Origin: Escherichia coli
GTDB lineage: Bacteria > Pseudomonadota > Gammaproteobacteria > Enterobacterales > Enterobacteriaceae
Direction: 5' to 3' (one strand)
Length of the DNA stretch: 64,000 nucleotides
Assembly (NCBI RefSeq): GCF_003991155.1
Contig: NZ_CP031293.1
Under the pieces are notes generated by a model that saw only the letters and a program-made list of their open reading frames with translations, did not search any database and was not told where the DNA came from. Positions 11,280 to 20,885 of the stretch are shown one piece after another (position 1 is the first letter of the stretch; the number at the start of each line of letters is the position of its first letter). The position numbers and the translations under genes were made by a program.

Positions 11280-11753
11280 TTAGTGATGTTTTGGCTGCAC
11301 CGCAACATACATTTCGATATCCCAGTACCCATCTTCCGCGCCATTGTTCAAGTAAACCTCGAAGCAGGGCTTTGGTAACATTTCATAGGCACTGTCCTGC
11401 AAGAGGCTATTAAAGAACTGATACCAGGGTTTAGCAAAATCATCACCGACTACACGAGCCACCGCCACCGCATACTGACCACCTGAAATTTCTGTCAGAA
11501 TGACGCCCTCACTGTTTTCGGGGAGCGTAAAGTTATTCGGTACCGTCACGACGGTGTCGCAGCGTAATTTTTCGGCGGGTGTTTCATCTGGATTGTCGTA
11601 ATAGACAGCAACCCACTCCTTCGGCACAATATTTTTGCTATCTATCCACATCATCAACTGCTCAAAACCTTTCTTTACCGTCTGCTCCCACGGGCCAACA
11701 AGATGGAAACCTGCAACGGTACGTTTATCTTCCTGCTTAATCTCGTAGTTCAT
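11280..11753 (-). CDS. sbmC: DNA gyrase inhibitor SbmC (GyrI)
   Basis: 157 aa, [23 protein letters not shown]. Confidence 0.9.
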   Translation of the reverse strand: MNYEIKQEDKRTVAGFHLVGPWEQTVKKGFEQLMMWIDSKNIVPKEWVAVYYDNPDETPAEKLRCDTVVTVPNNFTLPENSEGVILTEISGGQYAVAVARVVGDDFAKPWYQFFNSLLQDSAYEMLPKPCFEVYLNNGAEDGYWDIEMYVAVQPKHH

Positions 11754-11769
11754 GACGCCTCCATTAACA

Positions 11770-11785
11770 CTGTTTTTATATACAG
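11770..11785. promoter_or_regulatory. LexA (SOS) box upstream of sbmC
   Basis: CTGTTTTTATATACAG fits CTGT-N8-ACAG immediately upstream of sbmC start. Confidence 0.6.
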
Positions 11786-11871
11786 TATAGTTGCAATATT
11801 AAAACCACAAGGAATGAGTGTTGATTATGCGAGCAGACTCGCACTCCTGCCAGTCTGCTGCAAAAGAAAGG

Positions 11872-13044
11872 TCAGGCCTTATGGTGGAAATAATCACTCA
11901 GCCGGGAAAACATGCTGCCTTCCCCGACAGATTCCAGGGTAACCAGCGGCCAGTGCGCCACCTGTTTATCACGGTCGTAAAGTTCAATTTCCCCTACCCG
12001 CTGATGGGCGCTAATTGGCGCGGTGAGTTCTTTACCATCAAGGGTATATTTGGCTTTGATATGTGGAATTTCGGCTTTCGGTAGCACCATCCAGAACTCT
12101 TGTTCCGTTCCCAGGGCGATATTTTCTTTATCGCCATACCAGATGCGTTCCGTACCAACCTTTTTCCCACGGTGCAAAATTTGCACCGTAGTAAAGTTTT
12201 GTTGCCCCCAACGCAGTAATTTTCTTGCCTCTTCCTCACGACCTTTTGCGCTGTCAGCCCCCATTACCACTGCAATGAGACGACGCTGCCCATCTACAGC
12301 CGAAGCAATGAGATTAAACCCGGCACCAGAAGTATGACCCGTTTTCAGGCCGTCAACATTCATGGTTTTATCCCACAATAACCCGTTACGGTTTTGCTGG
12401 GTGATACCGTTCCAGGTGAGGCTTTTCTCACTGTACATATGATAAAACTCGGGCTCGCCGTGGATGATAGCGCGAGAAAGCACAGCTAAATCATAAGCCG
12501 AGCTATGCTGGCCAGGTGCATCCAGACCATGCACTGTTTCAAAATGCGTATCCTTGAGATGCAGCTTCTCGGCATAGTTGTTCATCATTTCAACAAACTG
12601 CCGTTGCCCACCGGCAATATAGTCAGCCAGAGCAACACAAGCGTCATTTCCGGAATCCACAATTAAACCACGGCTTAAATCACGTACCGATACGCGATCG
12701 CCCTCTTTCAGAAACATCAGTGAAGAACCGACAAACACCGGATTATCTTTCGCCCACGCATCGCGCCCCACGGTGACAATATCGTCTGGCGTAATGCGAT
12801 GACTATCGATAGCACGATCCACGACATAGCCCGTCATCAGCTTTGTCAGGCTGGCGGGATTGCGCTGTTGATGCTCATTACCCGCGGTGAGAATCTGACC
12901 GGTGGTGTAATCCATCAATACCCAGGACCCGGCATGAATCTCTGGAGGCTGAGGTGAAAAAGGAATGTTTTCCGCCGCAAAACCAGACGATAAATTAAAA
13001 ACGAACAAAGAAGCAGCAATAATAAGACGGCGTTTCAACAGCAA
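11872..13044 (-). CDS. dacD: D-alanyl-D-alanine carboxypeptidase DacD (PBP6b)
   Basis: 390 aa with signal peptide and SLTK/SGN motifs. Confidence 0.9.
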   Translation of the reverse strand: MLLKRRLIIAASLFVFNLSSGFAAENIPFSPQPPEIHAGSWVLMDYTTGQILTAGNEHQQRNPASLTKLMTGYVVDRAIDSHRITPDDIVTVGRDAWAKDNPVFVGSSLMFLKEGDRVSVRDLSRGLIVDSGNDACVALADYIAGGQRQFVEMMNNYAEKLHLKDTHFETVHGLDAPGQHSSAYDLAVLSRAIIHGEPEFYHMYSEKSLTWNGITQQNRNGLLWDKTMNVDGLKTGHTSGAGFNLIASAVDGQRRLIAVVMGADSAKGREEEARKLLRWGQQNFTTVQILHRGKKVGTERIWYGDKENIALGTEQEFWMVLPKAEIPHIKAKYTLDGKELTAPISAHQRVGEIELYDRDKQVAHWPLVTLESVGEGSMFSRLSDYFHHKA

Positions 13045-13238
13045 ACCCTCAGGTGTTTCAAATAGCTGTTCTTTTTACGGAAATACTTATGAACTGGCTG
13101 GAATAAAGTGCAAGAAAATGTGACTACTATCTCATTTTTATCTGACATGATCTGTTGCCACTCGCTGCCAAATTGTCGCGCTAAAGCTGATTAGCACGGT
13201 GATATTTGATACTCTGGCAGACAGCAGAAACAACGGAT

Positions 13239-13306
13239 TTAACCTAATGATGAATGACGGTAAGCAACAATCTACCTTTTTGTTTCACGATTACGCGCAA
13301 CACCCC
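13239..13306 (+). pseudogene. sbcB: Displaced native 5' end of sbcB (first ~16 codons) left at prophage left junction
   Basis: ATGATGAATGACGGTAAGCAACAATCTACCTTTTTGTTTCACGATTACG encodes MMNDGKQQSTFLFHDY, then diverges into phage DNA and stops. Confidence 0.6.
13275..13287. repeat. attL core (13-bp identity with attR)
   Basis: TTTCACGATTACG identical to 53257-53269; flanks are imperfectly similar. Confidence 0.6.
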
Positions 13307-13348
13307 TGAGAACCGCCATAAACAAGGGTTTCATGATTTGTGATTTTA

Positions 13349-13375
13349 GTTTGGTACGCAATTTGGTACACAACA
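13349..13375. promoter_or_regulatory. Candidate integrase arm-type binding sites (left arm)
   Basis: Tandem TTTGGTACGC / TTTGGTACAC motifs, same motif repeated near the right junction. Confidence 0.4.
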
Positions 13376-13814
13376 CAATTTTCACTTCAGCGGGTAGTCA
13401 TCAAACTCACCATAACGCACTTCGTTGATGATGTACGTGATCACCAAAAATATCGCATCCGGACTAGTTCCATCTTCATGCGCAGGCATATGTTCATGCC
13501 TACCTGTCTGCAAACCAGTAATAAGCCATTACAGGGTGATAGTGATGCATCAACTACGTTAAGCGCAGAGAAATGATGCAGTGGTGGGCGGATTGGCTTG
13601 ATGAAAAGGTGGAGTGATCCACCTTAACCACTATCGAAGAGCACAAAGCCTTGCAATCCAGTGCAAAGCTTTGTGTGTCTCAGTTTTGTTTCATAGGTAA
13701 TCATGCGTTCACTACGATGCAAGAATCCATACCAAATTTTATTTAAAACTCACAAATACACTAGATAAAAACAATCCCGCAGTTTTCATGCGGGATATAC
13801 TGCATTTATTGCAA

Positions 13815-16292
13815 CTACATTGCCATTAATATAAACATAGCCAATTCGTCATAACGAATTCCGTAGCGTCCACCTGCTTTTTTTACAAGAATCATATTTC
13901 CTGTTTTATATTGAGAATAAATTTTCTCACCTGTATCAGGATCTGTGCTCTCTTCAGTTATCACCTCTTCATCCCATACGTCTGGCCATTCATCGTAACA
14001 CCAAAAAGCATATTGCTCAGGATTTAAACCATGCTTTCTAAGAATATCTCCTACGGTTTGAGCGCCAACTCCAAAATGATACCTTGATAACTCCAATCCT
14101 TTAAAATTAATCGACTCATTAAACCTGAACTTGCATATAATTCCCTTTATTTCCAGCGCAGCATCACGCTCTGCCTGAGTAATGTCATATATTGTTTTAA
14201 GTGTTTCATCTGATGTGCTTATAGTCCCGGATGCAGAATAAATCTGAGCCCATCTAAATGATGGTGCACCAAGAGATTTGCTGTTATCAATAATTGGTGA
14301 AAAATTACCTTTAATGGCAATATTTCCAGAGTCGCCGAATATATTAATAACTGTAGAGTCATCACCATGGTTTTTTACGCTTAAGTTTCTTGATAAAATA
14401 TTTATATCTTTGTTATACCCACTAACATTAATCCATCTTTTACCATCAATGTGATACCCGTAAATATTTCCGTTTGATTGTTCGTCAGGTGACTCTCTAA
14501 GAACAATAGCATCTACTCCAGACGACCATTGTATTTTTGTATCTGTAGGCCTCCAGTTCTTTATAATGAACGAACCATCAGTAAACTCCGTTTTTATTTG
14601 TCTATTGTCTACAAATGCGTCTCTTGGTTTAAACTCACTTGTGTTAACGCTGCTCTGAAGATCAGAAGCAAAAAATCTAAGATTTCCTGTATAACCCTGA
14701 GTCTCGGTCAGGTTATACGCAATCATAATTCCATTTTCAAACTCAGATGATGTTATTTTAACATCACGGCAATCACCAAAAATGCAATTTCCTTTATCAA
14801 ATGTTGTTTGAGCTTTGAATTTATCAAACCTTAAATTACGAACAGGGAAACCATCAACCTCTAATGCAAAGGATGCATGAAGGCCAAAGTATTCTGATGG
14901 CTTACCTGATGTATGATCAAGAGTAGTGGCTACTGTATTCTCAAAAACAGTCCCGCTAAAATTATTACCAATTGACGGAAACCTGATTACACTTATTGTA
15001 CCTTGTATTTCAGGAGAAATACCAGATAGTGTGATGTTAGTTCCATCAAATGATGCATCTGAATACGTATATACTGATTCACTGCCAGCAATTTTAAACT
15101 GTTTAACTGAAGTTATTCTCATCGACTTTTTATGTTTAAATGTCACTGAGCTTTCAGTATTACTTACAAGATCAATCTGAGGGCTATTCCTTATCGCGAT
15201 TCCTGACTGGACATAAACGTTATTAAAGTGCGTTTTTTCAGGATTTCCCTTCATTGAAAGGCTCCCGTCATTTTCTGTCAGTAGTAGTCCTTTTACCCTC
15301 CAATAGCCGACAATCTGTACGTTATCAATAACTGAATCACAGCTATCGTATACATGCAACCCTATATCCCAGTTATCACCCAATGAATAAGAATCAGGGT
15401 TATTGTATCCTTCAATACCATTTTTACTTACCATTATTCTCAGATTGCGTAACTGTGATGCCCTGTTGATACTAACAGCTACGCTCATGGCTTTTGGTGT
15501 AGCAGGAGTAACACCTACAGAATCTTCATTCGTAAACTCAGTGAACTTACAAGATATCCCTTCAACAATTTTAACCGGTCTTTCATTAGAGATGTTAAAA
15601 AAATATTTGTTTTTTTCTCCATCACCAGTAAATACAAGATGGGTTCCTTTACTCCAACTTTTTAATAATCTTTCAGGCGCTGGTCTATATGTATCCCAAT
15701 AATCAATGCCAGATCCAACCAGTGAACACCCCTCAGGAATGTTAATATTCTTCTTGATGATGCATATTCCTTCCGGAATTGTTATAACCGACCTTCCAGA
15801 GTTTAAAGCTTTAATAAAAGCATCTGAATCATCTGTTTCCCCATCTATTTTTGCTCCCCACCCTCTAACATCTCCACAATCTCTCCATCGTGCCATCTGC
15901 AACTCAGGATATTTTTTAGCGCCATCTGGATCTTCTAATTGCTGCCGTAGCTGATCGGGGTCATACTTCAGCACATTAGGAAAATAGAACTGCTGCGCAC
16001 CATATGCATCATAAACAGCCATAGAATGGCCTTGCACAGTTACAAACTTGGCTATTTGCCCGTTATATACCGGGTAACCAGCAGCGTTAATGATGATTGG
16101 TTGCGAAACAGGAACGTGAGAGCCATCTTCGTTCTCCACATAAACCTGAATCTGGTTTTCAGGATTTACAGGGTCAGTGTCAATTTTACCGATATAAATT
16201 TTGCCATTGGCAACCGCTTTAAAAGAACGTGCCATAGTGAAGAGTTGAGAAGGCATACTCACTACAACATTGGCATTTATCGAATCTGTCAT
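13815..16292 (-). CDS. Tailspike: P22 gp9-like head-binding N-domain, divergent receptor-binding domain, C-terminal intramolecular-chaperone-like domain
   Basis: 825 aa; N-terminus resembles P22 tailspike; SDETLK motif about 150 aa from C-terminus. Confidence 0.85.
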   Translation of the reverse strand: MTDSINANVVVSMPSQLFTMARSFKAVANGKIYIGKIDTDPVNPENQIQVYVENEDGSHVPVSQPIIINAAGYPVYNGQIAKFVTVQGHSMAVYDAYGAQQFYFPNVLKYDPDQLRQQLEDPDGAKKYPELQMARWRDCGDVRGWGAKIDGETDDSDAFIKALNSGRSVITIPEGICIIKKNINIPEGCSLVGSGIDYWDTYRPAPERLLKSWSKGTHLVFTGDGEKNKYFFNISNERPVKIVEGISCKFTEFTNEDSVGVTPATPKAMSVAVSINRASQLRNLRIMVSKNGIEGYNNPDSYSLGDNWDIGLHVYDSCDSVIDNVQIVGYWRVKGLLLTENDGSLSMKGNPEKTHFNNVYVQSGIAIRNSPQIDLVSNTESSVTFKHKKSMRITSVKQFKIAGSESVYTYSDASFDGTNITLSGISPEIQGTISVIRFPSIGNNFSGTVFENTVATTLDHTSGKPSEYFGLHASFALEVDGFPVRNLRFDKFKAQTTFDKGNCIFGDCRDVKITSSEFENGIMIAYNLTETQGYTGNLRFFASDLQSSVNTSEFKPRDAFVDNRQIKTEFTDGSFIIKNWRPTDTKIQWSSGVDAIVLRESPDEQSNGNIYGYHIDGKRWINVSGYNKDINILSRNLSVKNHGDDSTVINIFGDSGNIAIKGNFSPIIDNSKSLGAPSFRWAQIYSASGTISTSDETLKTIYDITQAERDAALEIKGIICKFRFNESINFKGLELSRYHFGVGAQTVGDILRKHGLNPEQYAFWCYDEWPDVWDEEVITEESTDPDTGEKIYSQYKTGNMILVKKAGGRYGIRYDELAMFILMAM

Positions 16293-16391
16293 TTAATTTG
16301 CTCCAGATACAAGGAATCGCCGCAGCATGGCTACGGTGAATTTTGGGCATAAAAAACCCAGCCGAAGCTGGGTCGTTGCGTTGGTTATCTG

Positions 16392-17321
16392 TCAGTAGTT
16401 ATGTACTGAAGGAGGTAATTCTTTATTCTTAAGTCTCATCCATGCGGAAAGATTCGTTGGTCCGTCTGGCTCATTGATATCAACATCTCGTGTGTGATTG
16501 ATTAAAACGTCTCTCGCCATTCCGATAACATACGAGAACTCATGACCATAGTCGTAGCATCTGCCGGAATAGTTCGATTGAATTTGTTTTAATGCCGGAT
16601 ACAGTTCGCGGAATAACGCCTGTGAGCGGTTGGCATAATCCCATAACCATACAAGGCTGTTTGCTTCTTTTGCAGAAAGCTCGTTGGTTTTCTTCTCTTG
16701 TTTGCCAATGAACTCACCTTCAAGCGGAACGCGAGCAGCAAGTGACAGTGCTTCGGTAAACTGCTCATCACTGATTTCTTTGTACGAACATCCAAAATGG
16801 GATTTCAGTGACGACCACATGGTGATCATCGCCTTCGCCTGTTTTTCTTTTGGCAGAGACTGACCGCGACTCATGACGAGTTGTTTAATGGCTTCCTGCT
16901 GTTCAGTGGTGATTTTACCCGGCAACGCCTTTTTAGCTTTGCGTGGGTTAACTACATGGCCTTTAGTCCAGTACTCGTAGAGCACATCGTCACACTCTTC
17001 CTGATACTGGATTACCTTGTCGCGGATTTCAGGGCGGACTTTGTTTGGACTGATGGTTTGCAGCCAGCCAGCAAGTTTGCGAAGTGCCAAACAAATAATC
17101 TCACGGCACTGTTCATCACCAGGAAGCTGCATTGTGATTTTCACAATGGAGGTTTTAAACCGTTGCTTTATTTTCGTAAACTGTGAAGCCCAATCCATAC
17201 CCATACCTTCAACGATAGGTTTCATTGGGGTGTACGGCTCACCGTTGTGATTGACGACATAAAGCTCTGCGCCGTGGAATGGCACGTTGATAGTAGATAC
17301 TGCTGTTGCTATACTTTTCAT
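16392..17321 (-). CDS. ant: Antirepressor Ant (P22 immI)
   Basis: 309 aa, [24 protein letters not shown]22 Ant-like. Confidence 0.85.
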   Translation of the reverse strand: MKSIATAVSTINVPFHGAELYVVNHNGEPYTPMKPIVEGMGMDWASQFTKIKQRFKTSIVKITMQLPGDEQCREIICLALRKLAGWLQTISPNKVRPEIRDKVIQYQEECDDVLYEYWTKGHVVNPRKAKKALPGKITTEQQEAIKQLVMSRGQSLPKEKQAKAMITMWSSLKSHFGCSYKEISDEQFTEALSLAARVPLEGEFIGKQEKKTNELSAKEANSLVWLWDYANRSQALFRELYPALKQIQSNYSGRCYDYGHEFSYVIGMARDVLINHTRDVDINEPDGPTNLSAWMRLKNKELPPSVHNY

Positions 17322-17386
17322 GTCAGTTTTTCCTCAAAATTTACTGGCGATTTAAGCCCGAGCTACTCGCAATAGCTTGGGCTTTA
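17318..17386 (+). ncRNA. sar: Candidate sar-like antisense RNA across the arc-ant intercistronic region
   Basis: Intercistronic hairpin GCCCGAGCTA..TAGCTTGGGC antisense to ant RBS; analogy to P22 sar; ends approximate. Confidence 0.3.
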
Positions 17387-17387
17387 C

Positions 17388-17534
17388 TCATTCTGGACAA
17401 ACAATTCCATCCTTAGCTACTGACTCCTTTAGTCTCCTCAATACCTCATTACTGAACGACCGATCATCCTTTTTCGCGGACTGCTCCAAAGCCTTTTCCA
17501 GCCATTCTGGCATCCTTAATGTCTTAACTTTCAT
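17388..17534 (-). CDS. arc: Arc-like ribbon-helix-helix repressor
   Basis: 48 aa from MKVKTLRMPEW with AAGGAG RBS; upstream of ant. Confidence 0.7.
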   Translation of the reverse strand: MKVKTLRMPEWLEKALEQSAKKDDRSFSNEVLRRLKESVAKDGIVCPE

Positions 17535-17646
17535 TTTTGCTCCTTTGCTCCTTTGTATGTGGTACGCATACATAGTATTTAGGTACGCATTGATAGTCAA
17601 TAGATACCTACATATCCTGTGGTAAATAATTATTCAGGATGCGCCG

Positions 17647-17898
17647 ATGTCTGATCGTAAGTACAAAAACCCTCAAGTGAATCTGAGGCTTCCTGTAGAG
17701 ATAAAGGAACGTCTTATTGAGCTGGCTGAGGCTAATTCTCGTTCATTAAATGCTGAGATGGTAGCAGCACTTGAGGCATGGACTGAAAAAAATAAACATA
17801 TTCAAGCACTAGATATTGCAACTATAGCATCGCGGTTGATAGAGCTTGAGCATGAGGTTGAGAAGTTAAAATGTATGCATGGCAACGGTGAAAAATGA
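17647..17898 (+). CDS. mnt: Mnt-like ribbon-helix-helix maintenance repressor
   Basis: 83 aa, NLRLPVEIKERLIELAEANSRSLNAEMVAALEAW; divergent from arc-ant. Confidence 0.7.
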   Translation: MSDRKYKNPQVNLRLPVEIKERLIELAEANSRSLNAEMVAALEAWTEKNKHIQALDIATIASRLIELEHEVEKLKCMHGNGEK

Positions 17899-18209
17899 AA
17901 CGCATCGCTATTTTGTTAATATTGTTCTTCTCTACAATAGTTTGCGCCAAACAAAAATCAGATAATGGCGATCTTAAAGGCCTGCAAGAACTCATGATAA
18001 CTTCGAAATTTGCTGGCATGTGCGGCACAATCAAACAAATGGCAACATTTCAAGAATCAACAAAAATGCCTGGCGGAGATGAGTTCTTACAGCGTTTTCT
18101 GACCACAGAGCAAGCAAGACTTGGAATGAATCCACAGGAGTTTCTTGAAGCATGCCAGAAGTCAATTTCAGCTTATACCAATTATTACAATCTAACTTCT
18201 GATAAATAA
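17895..18209 (+). CDS. Small exported protein of unknown function, translationally coupled to mnt
   Basis: 104 aa; ATGA overlap with mnt stop; signal peptide MKRIAILLILFFSTIVCA. Confidence 0.5.
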   Translation: MKRIAILLILFFSTIVCAKQKSDNGDLKGLQELMITSKFAGMCGTIKQMATFQESTKMPGGDEFLQRFLTTEQARLGMNPQEFLEACQKSISAYTNYYNLTSDK

Positions 18210-18234
18210 TAGAAAGGATTTTATAAATAACTTT

Positions 18235-18720
18235 ATGAAAAAATCACTATTAATTATCCCGCTTCTGCTGGCTGGATGCGCAAAAGTAAGTGACTACCAA
18301 GCAAGTTGCGAACAACGCTATCCAAAGCTTAGTGATATGGCTAATTGCCTTGATGCCAGCGTGAAGAACGACTCACGCATGGCATCAGCACCAACACCTA
18401 AGCTGTATGTCCTTGCTGCGAAGATGCTCGGGCAAGGTGTCGATGAAGGCAAGATAAGTGACGCACAGGCAAGACTTGAGCTTCAGAATCTTTATGTTCA
18501 ATTACAAAGCCAAGAACAAGCCCAACAAATAGCGCAAAGCCAAGCATTCCAGCAGGCTTTATTGAATTATCAGGCTGTAAACACAATGCAAGCGATCGAG
18601 CAAAAAGCGCGCCAGCCTGTTATAACTCAACCTTACCCAACACGCGTTGACACATATACAAACTGCAATTCAGGATTTGGAAACACCGTCACATGCAACA
18701 GTAGCAGCAACATTAGATAA
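18235..18720 (+). CDS. Lipoprotein of unknown function (lipobox LLAGC), Gln-rich C-terminal half
   Basis: 161 aa; MKKSLLIIPLLLAGC signal and lipobox; downstream of mnt in same orientation. Confidence 0.5.
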   Translation: MKKSLLIIPLLLAGCAKVSDYQASCEQRYPKLSDMANCLDASVKNDSRMASAPTPKLYVLAAKMLGQGVDEGKISDAQARLELQNLYVQLQSQEQAQQIAQSQAFQQALLNYQAVNTMQAIEQKARQPVITQPYPTRVDTYTNCNSGFGNTVTCNSSSNIR

Positions 18721-18722
18721 AG

Positions 18723-20885
18723 CTATTCATATTCATTCATACCGCTTAACGAGGCGACAATACCAGCTCTCGACAAGCGATTGAATTCATCGCTACCAAT
18801 AGCATCGCGTATTGCTTTTACGGCGGCTTTATTTGCCATAAATCTGCGTTCCGCCGCCGCTAATGCTTCTTTACTTCCGCCAGCTCTTACTGCTTTCGTG
18901 GCTTCCTGAACTGCTTTCTCTATCGCATATCGGCCGCTACGCGTGGTGGCAATTTTAGATACAGCACCTTTTAACCCGGCGCCAACTAAAGCACCTGCGG
19001 CAGCGCCTGCAATGCCCCCTCCTGCTCCACCAACAATGGCACCTGATGTTGAGTTGGCAATTGCATTTAACACTGTTGATGTGACGTTGGATAAACCGGC
19101 ATCCAGATCGCGTAGTACATTGGCAGTTCTCCCTGTTCTTTCAATATACTGCTGAGGCTTCACTGCTGCTCTTGCAAGAGTGCCATATGCATCAGCAATT
19201 CTTCCGAGTTCTGAGGAATATCTGCTAATGGCTTTTACATTTTGTGGGGTAAGTATCCCTGCGATATGGTTAATTCCTGCTGCATCAGCTTTGCCACCAC
19301 GTACACCATGCGAGATAGCATCTTGCAACATTGATGATATAGCAGGAACACGCTCTGATTCTGGCAGCGCGCGGATCATAGAATGGAACCCAGCAGGACC
19401 ATTAAGACCTTTAGCTGACGATGATTGAAGGGATTTTACTCCATTCGTAATCAGTGCATCTGTTGCCAAATCACGCCCGAAAACAGACTCTGCACTCTCT
19501 TGTGCTGATAACCTCGCTTTAGACAGATCATTAGCTTTCTGCCAGTCATCAAGAAATCCGCCGTTTTCCGCCATTGTGCGCATATCATCAGTAATTGCCC
19601 GGCGTATTTCCCCTGCTCTCCTTGCCGCATTTGCCTCTCCGCTACGCTTATATTTTTGCTCCGCATCAGCAAATTTCGCTCTCCATGCTTTCATGCCATC
19701 AAATGTTACCCCACCTTGATTGTTTGCCTGAACAAACTGTTTCATTTCAGGAGTAAGCGGTATGCCAGCAGATCGCTCTGCCTGAATAACGGCATTACCA
19801 TTTAGCATTCTTGCTTTTTGATTTGGCATTGTTGACCGCACGTCATCCCATGCCGCGCGCTCGGCATCCTTCATCTGATCAAGATTTTGAAGAATCCTTT
19901 GTTTTATAGCCGCACTTTTTTCTGATGCCGTTCCAGATGCGGCCCCAAATTCATCAAGGTTTCGACTTAACTTTGATGATATTTCGTTAAATGCTGCCTG
20001 ATGGGCGTCCTGAACAATTCCTGGTGTTGATGCCAATGCGCCTTCGGCTTGTGCAATTCCACGACTTCCAGATCGCATTCCTGGTGTTAATGCGTTTATA
20101 TCAATTCCAGCAGACTCAGCCGCTTTTGCTACATCTTCGGACACATTAGCGGCCTGACTGGCAATTGACTGACGCCCAGCACCTGACTTTGCCATCCTGG
20201 AAACATCATTAGCAGAATTCAGTGCTGCACCACCAAGAGCCTGTGAAACCCTTGGCGCAATAACGCGCCCGACACCTGAAAGAACGCCTTGAGCACCAAT
20301 ATTGATACCACCGTTAATGGCAGCATTTTGTGCAAAGTCGCCCTCCTGATTTGCAGCATCAGCAAGAGAACCTGCAATCATGTTTCCTGCGGAACCGATA
20401 TCTCCAGCGAGCTTTGCTGGCGCTCCAGCAGCTTTTGCCGCTGTGCCAATTGGCAGGAGATACCCACCAATTGTTTCACCGGCTTGCGCATAAGGGTCTG
20501 TCGGTCGATCGACTGGACGATAGACATCATCCAAAACCTTTGGGCCACCAAGCCCCTGGCTGATTGCATTAATCAGACTTGCGCCACCCTGCAATACGTC
20601 AAATGGTATGTTTACCAGACCACGACCAGCCTGTTCTGCAATTTGCCCTGCACTTTGACCACCTGTGAGCCAATCACCAGCTTGTTGCATCAATGATGGT
20701 TCTTCTTTCTGCTGCTGTGGCGGAGGGTATGCTGCATAAAACTGATCTCTTGCTTCAGCCCATTTGTCACCAGCCTTAGGGGCAACAACCTCATCAAAAT
20801 ATTGCGCTTGAGCCTGTGCTTTCTGTTCTTCAGTTAACGCCTGATACTGTGGAGAAGCGATAACATCTTTCCATGCTTTAGCCAT
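18723..20885 (-). CDS. Ejection/DNA-transfer protein (P22 gp16-like), enlarged
   Basis: 720 aa, Ala/Gly-rich; last gene of ejection-protein block. Confidence 0.7.
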   Translation of the reverse strand: MAKAWKDVIASPQYQALTEEQKAQAQAQYFDEVVAPKAGDKWAEARDQFYAAYPPPQQQKEEPSLMQQAGDWLTGGQSAGQIAEQAGRGLVNIPFDVLQGGASLINAISQGLGGPKVLDDVYRPVDRPTDPYAQAGETIGGYLLPIGTAAKAAGAPAKLAGDIGSAGNMIAGSLADAANQEGDFAQNAAINGGINIGAQGVLSGVGRVIAPRVSQALGGAALNSANDVSRMAKSGAGRQSIASQAANVSEDVAKAAESAGIDINALTPGMRSGSRGIAQAEGALASTPGIVQDAHQAAFNEISSKLSRNLDEFGAASGTASEKSAAIKQRILQNLDQMKDAERAAWDDVRSTMPNQKARMLNGNAVIQAERSAGIPLTPEMKQFVQANNQGGVTFDGMKAWRAKFADAEQKYKRSGEANAARRAGEIRRAITDDMRTMAENGGFLDDWQKANDLSKARLSAQESAESVFGRDLATDALITNGVKSLQSSSAKGLNGPAGFHSMIRALPESERVPAISSMLQDAISHGVRGGKADAAGINHIAGILTPQNVKAISRYSSELGRIADAYGTLARAAVKPQQYIERTGRTANVLRDLDAGLSNVTSTVLNAIANSTSGAIVGGAGGGIAGAAAGALVGAGLKGAVSKIATTRSGRYAIEKAVQEATKAVRAGGSKEALAAAERRFMANKAAVKAIRDAIGSDEFNRLSRAGIVASLSGMNEYE

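Noticed and set aside
13340-13576. 78-aa plus-strand ORF next to attL
   Set aside because: No RBS, lies in the att arm with integrase-binding repeats, protein sequence not protein-like.
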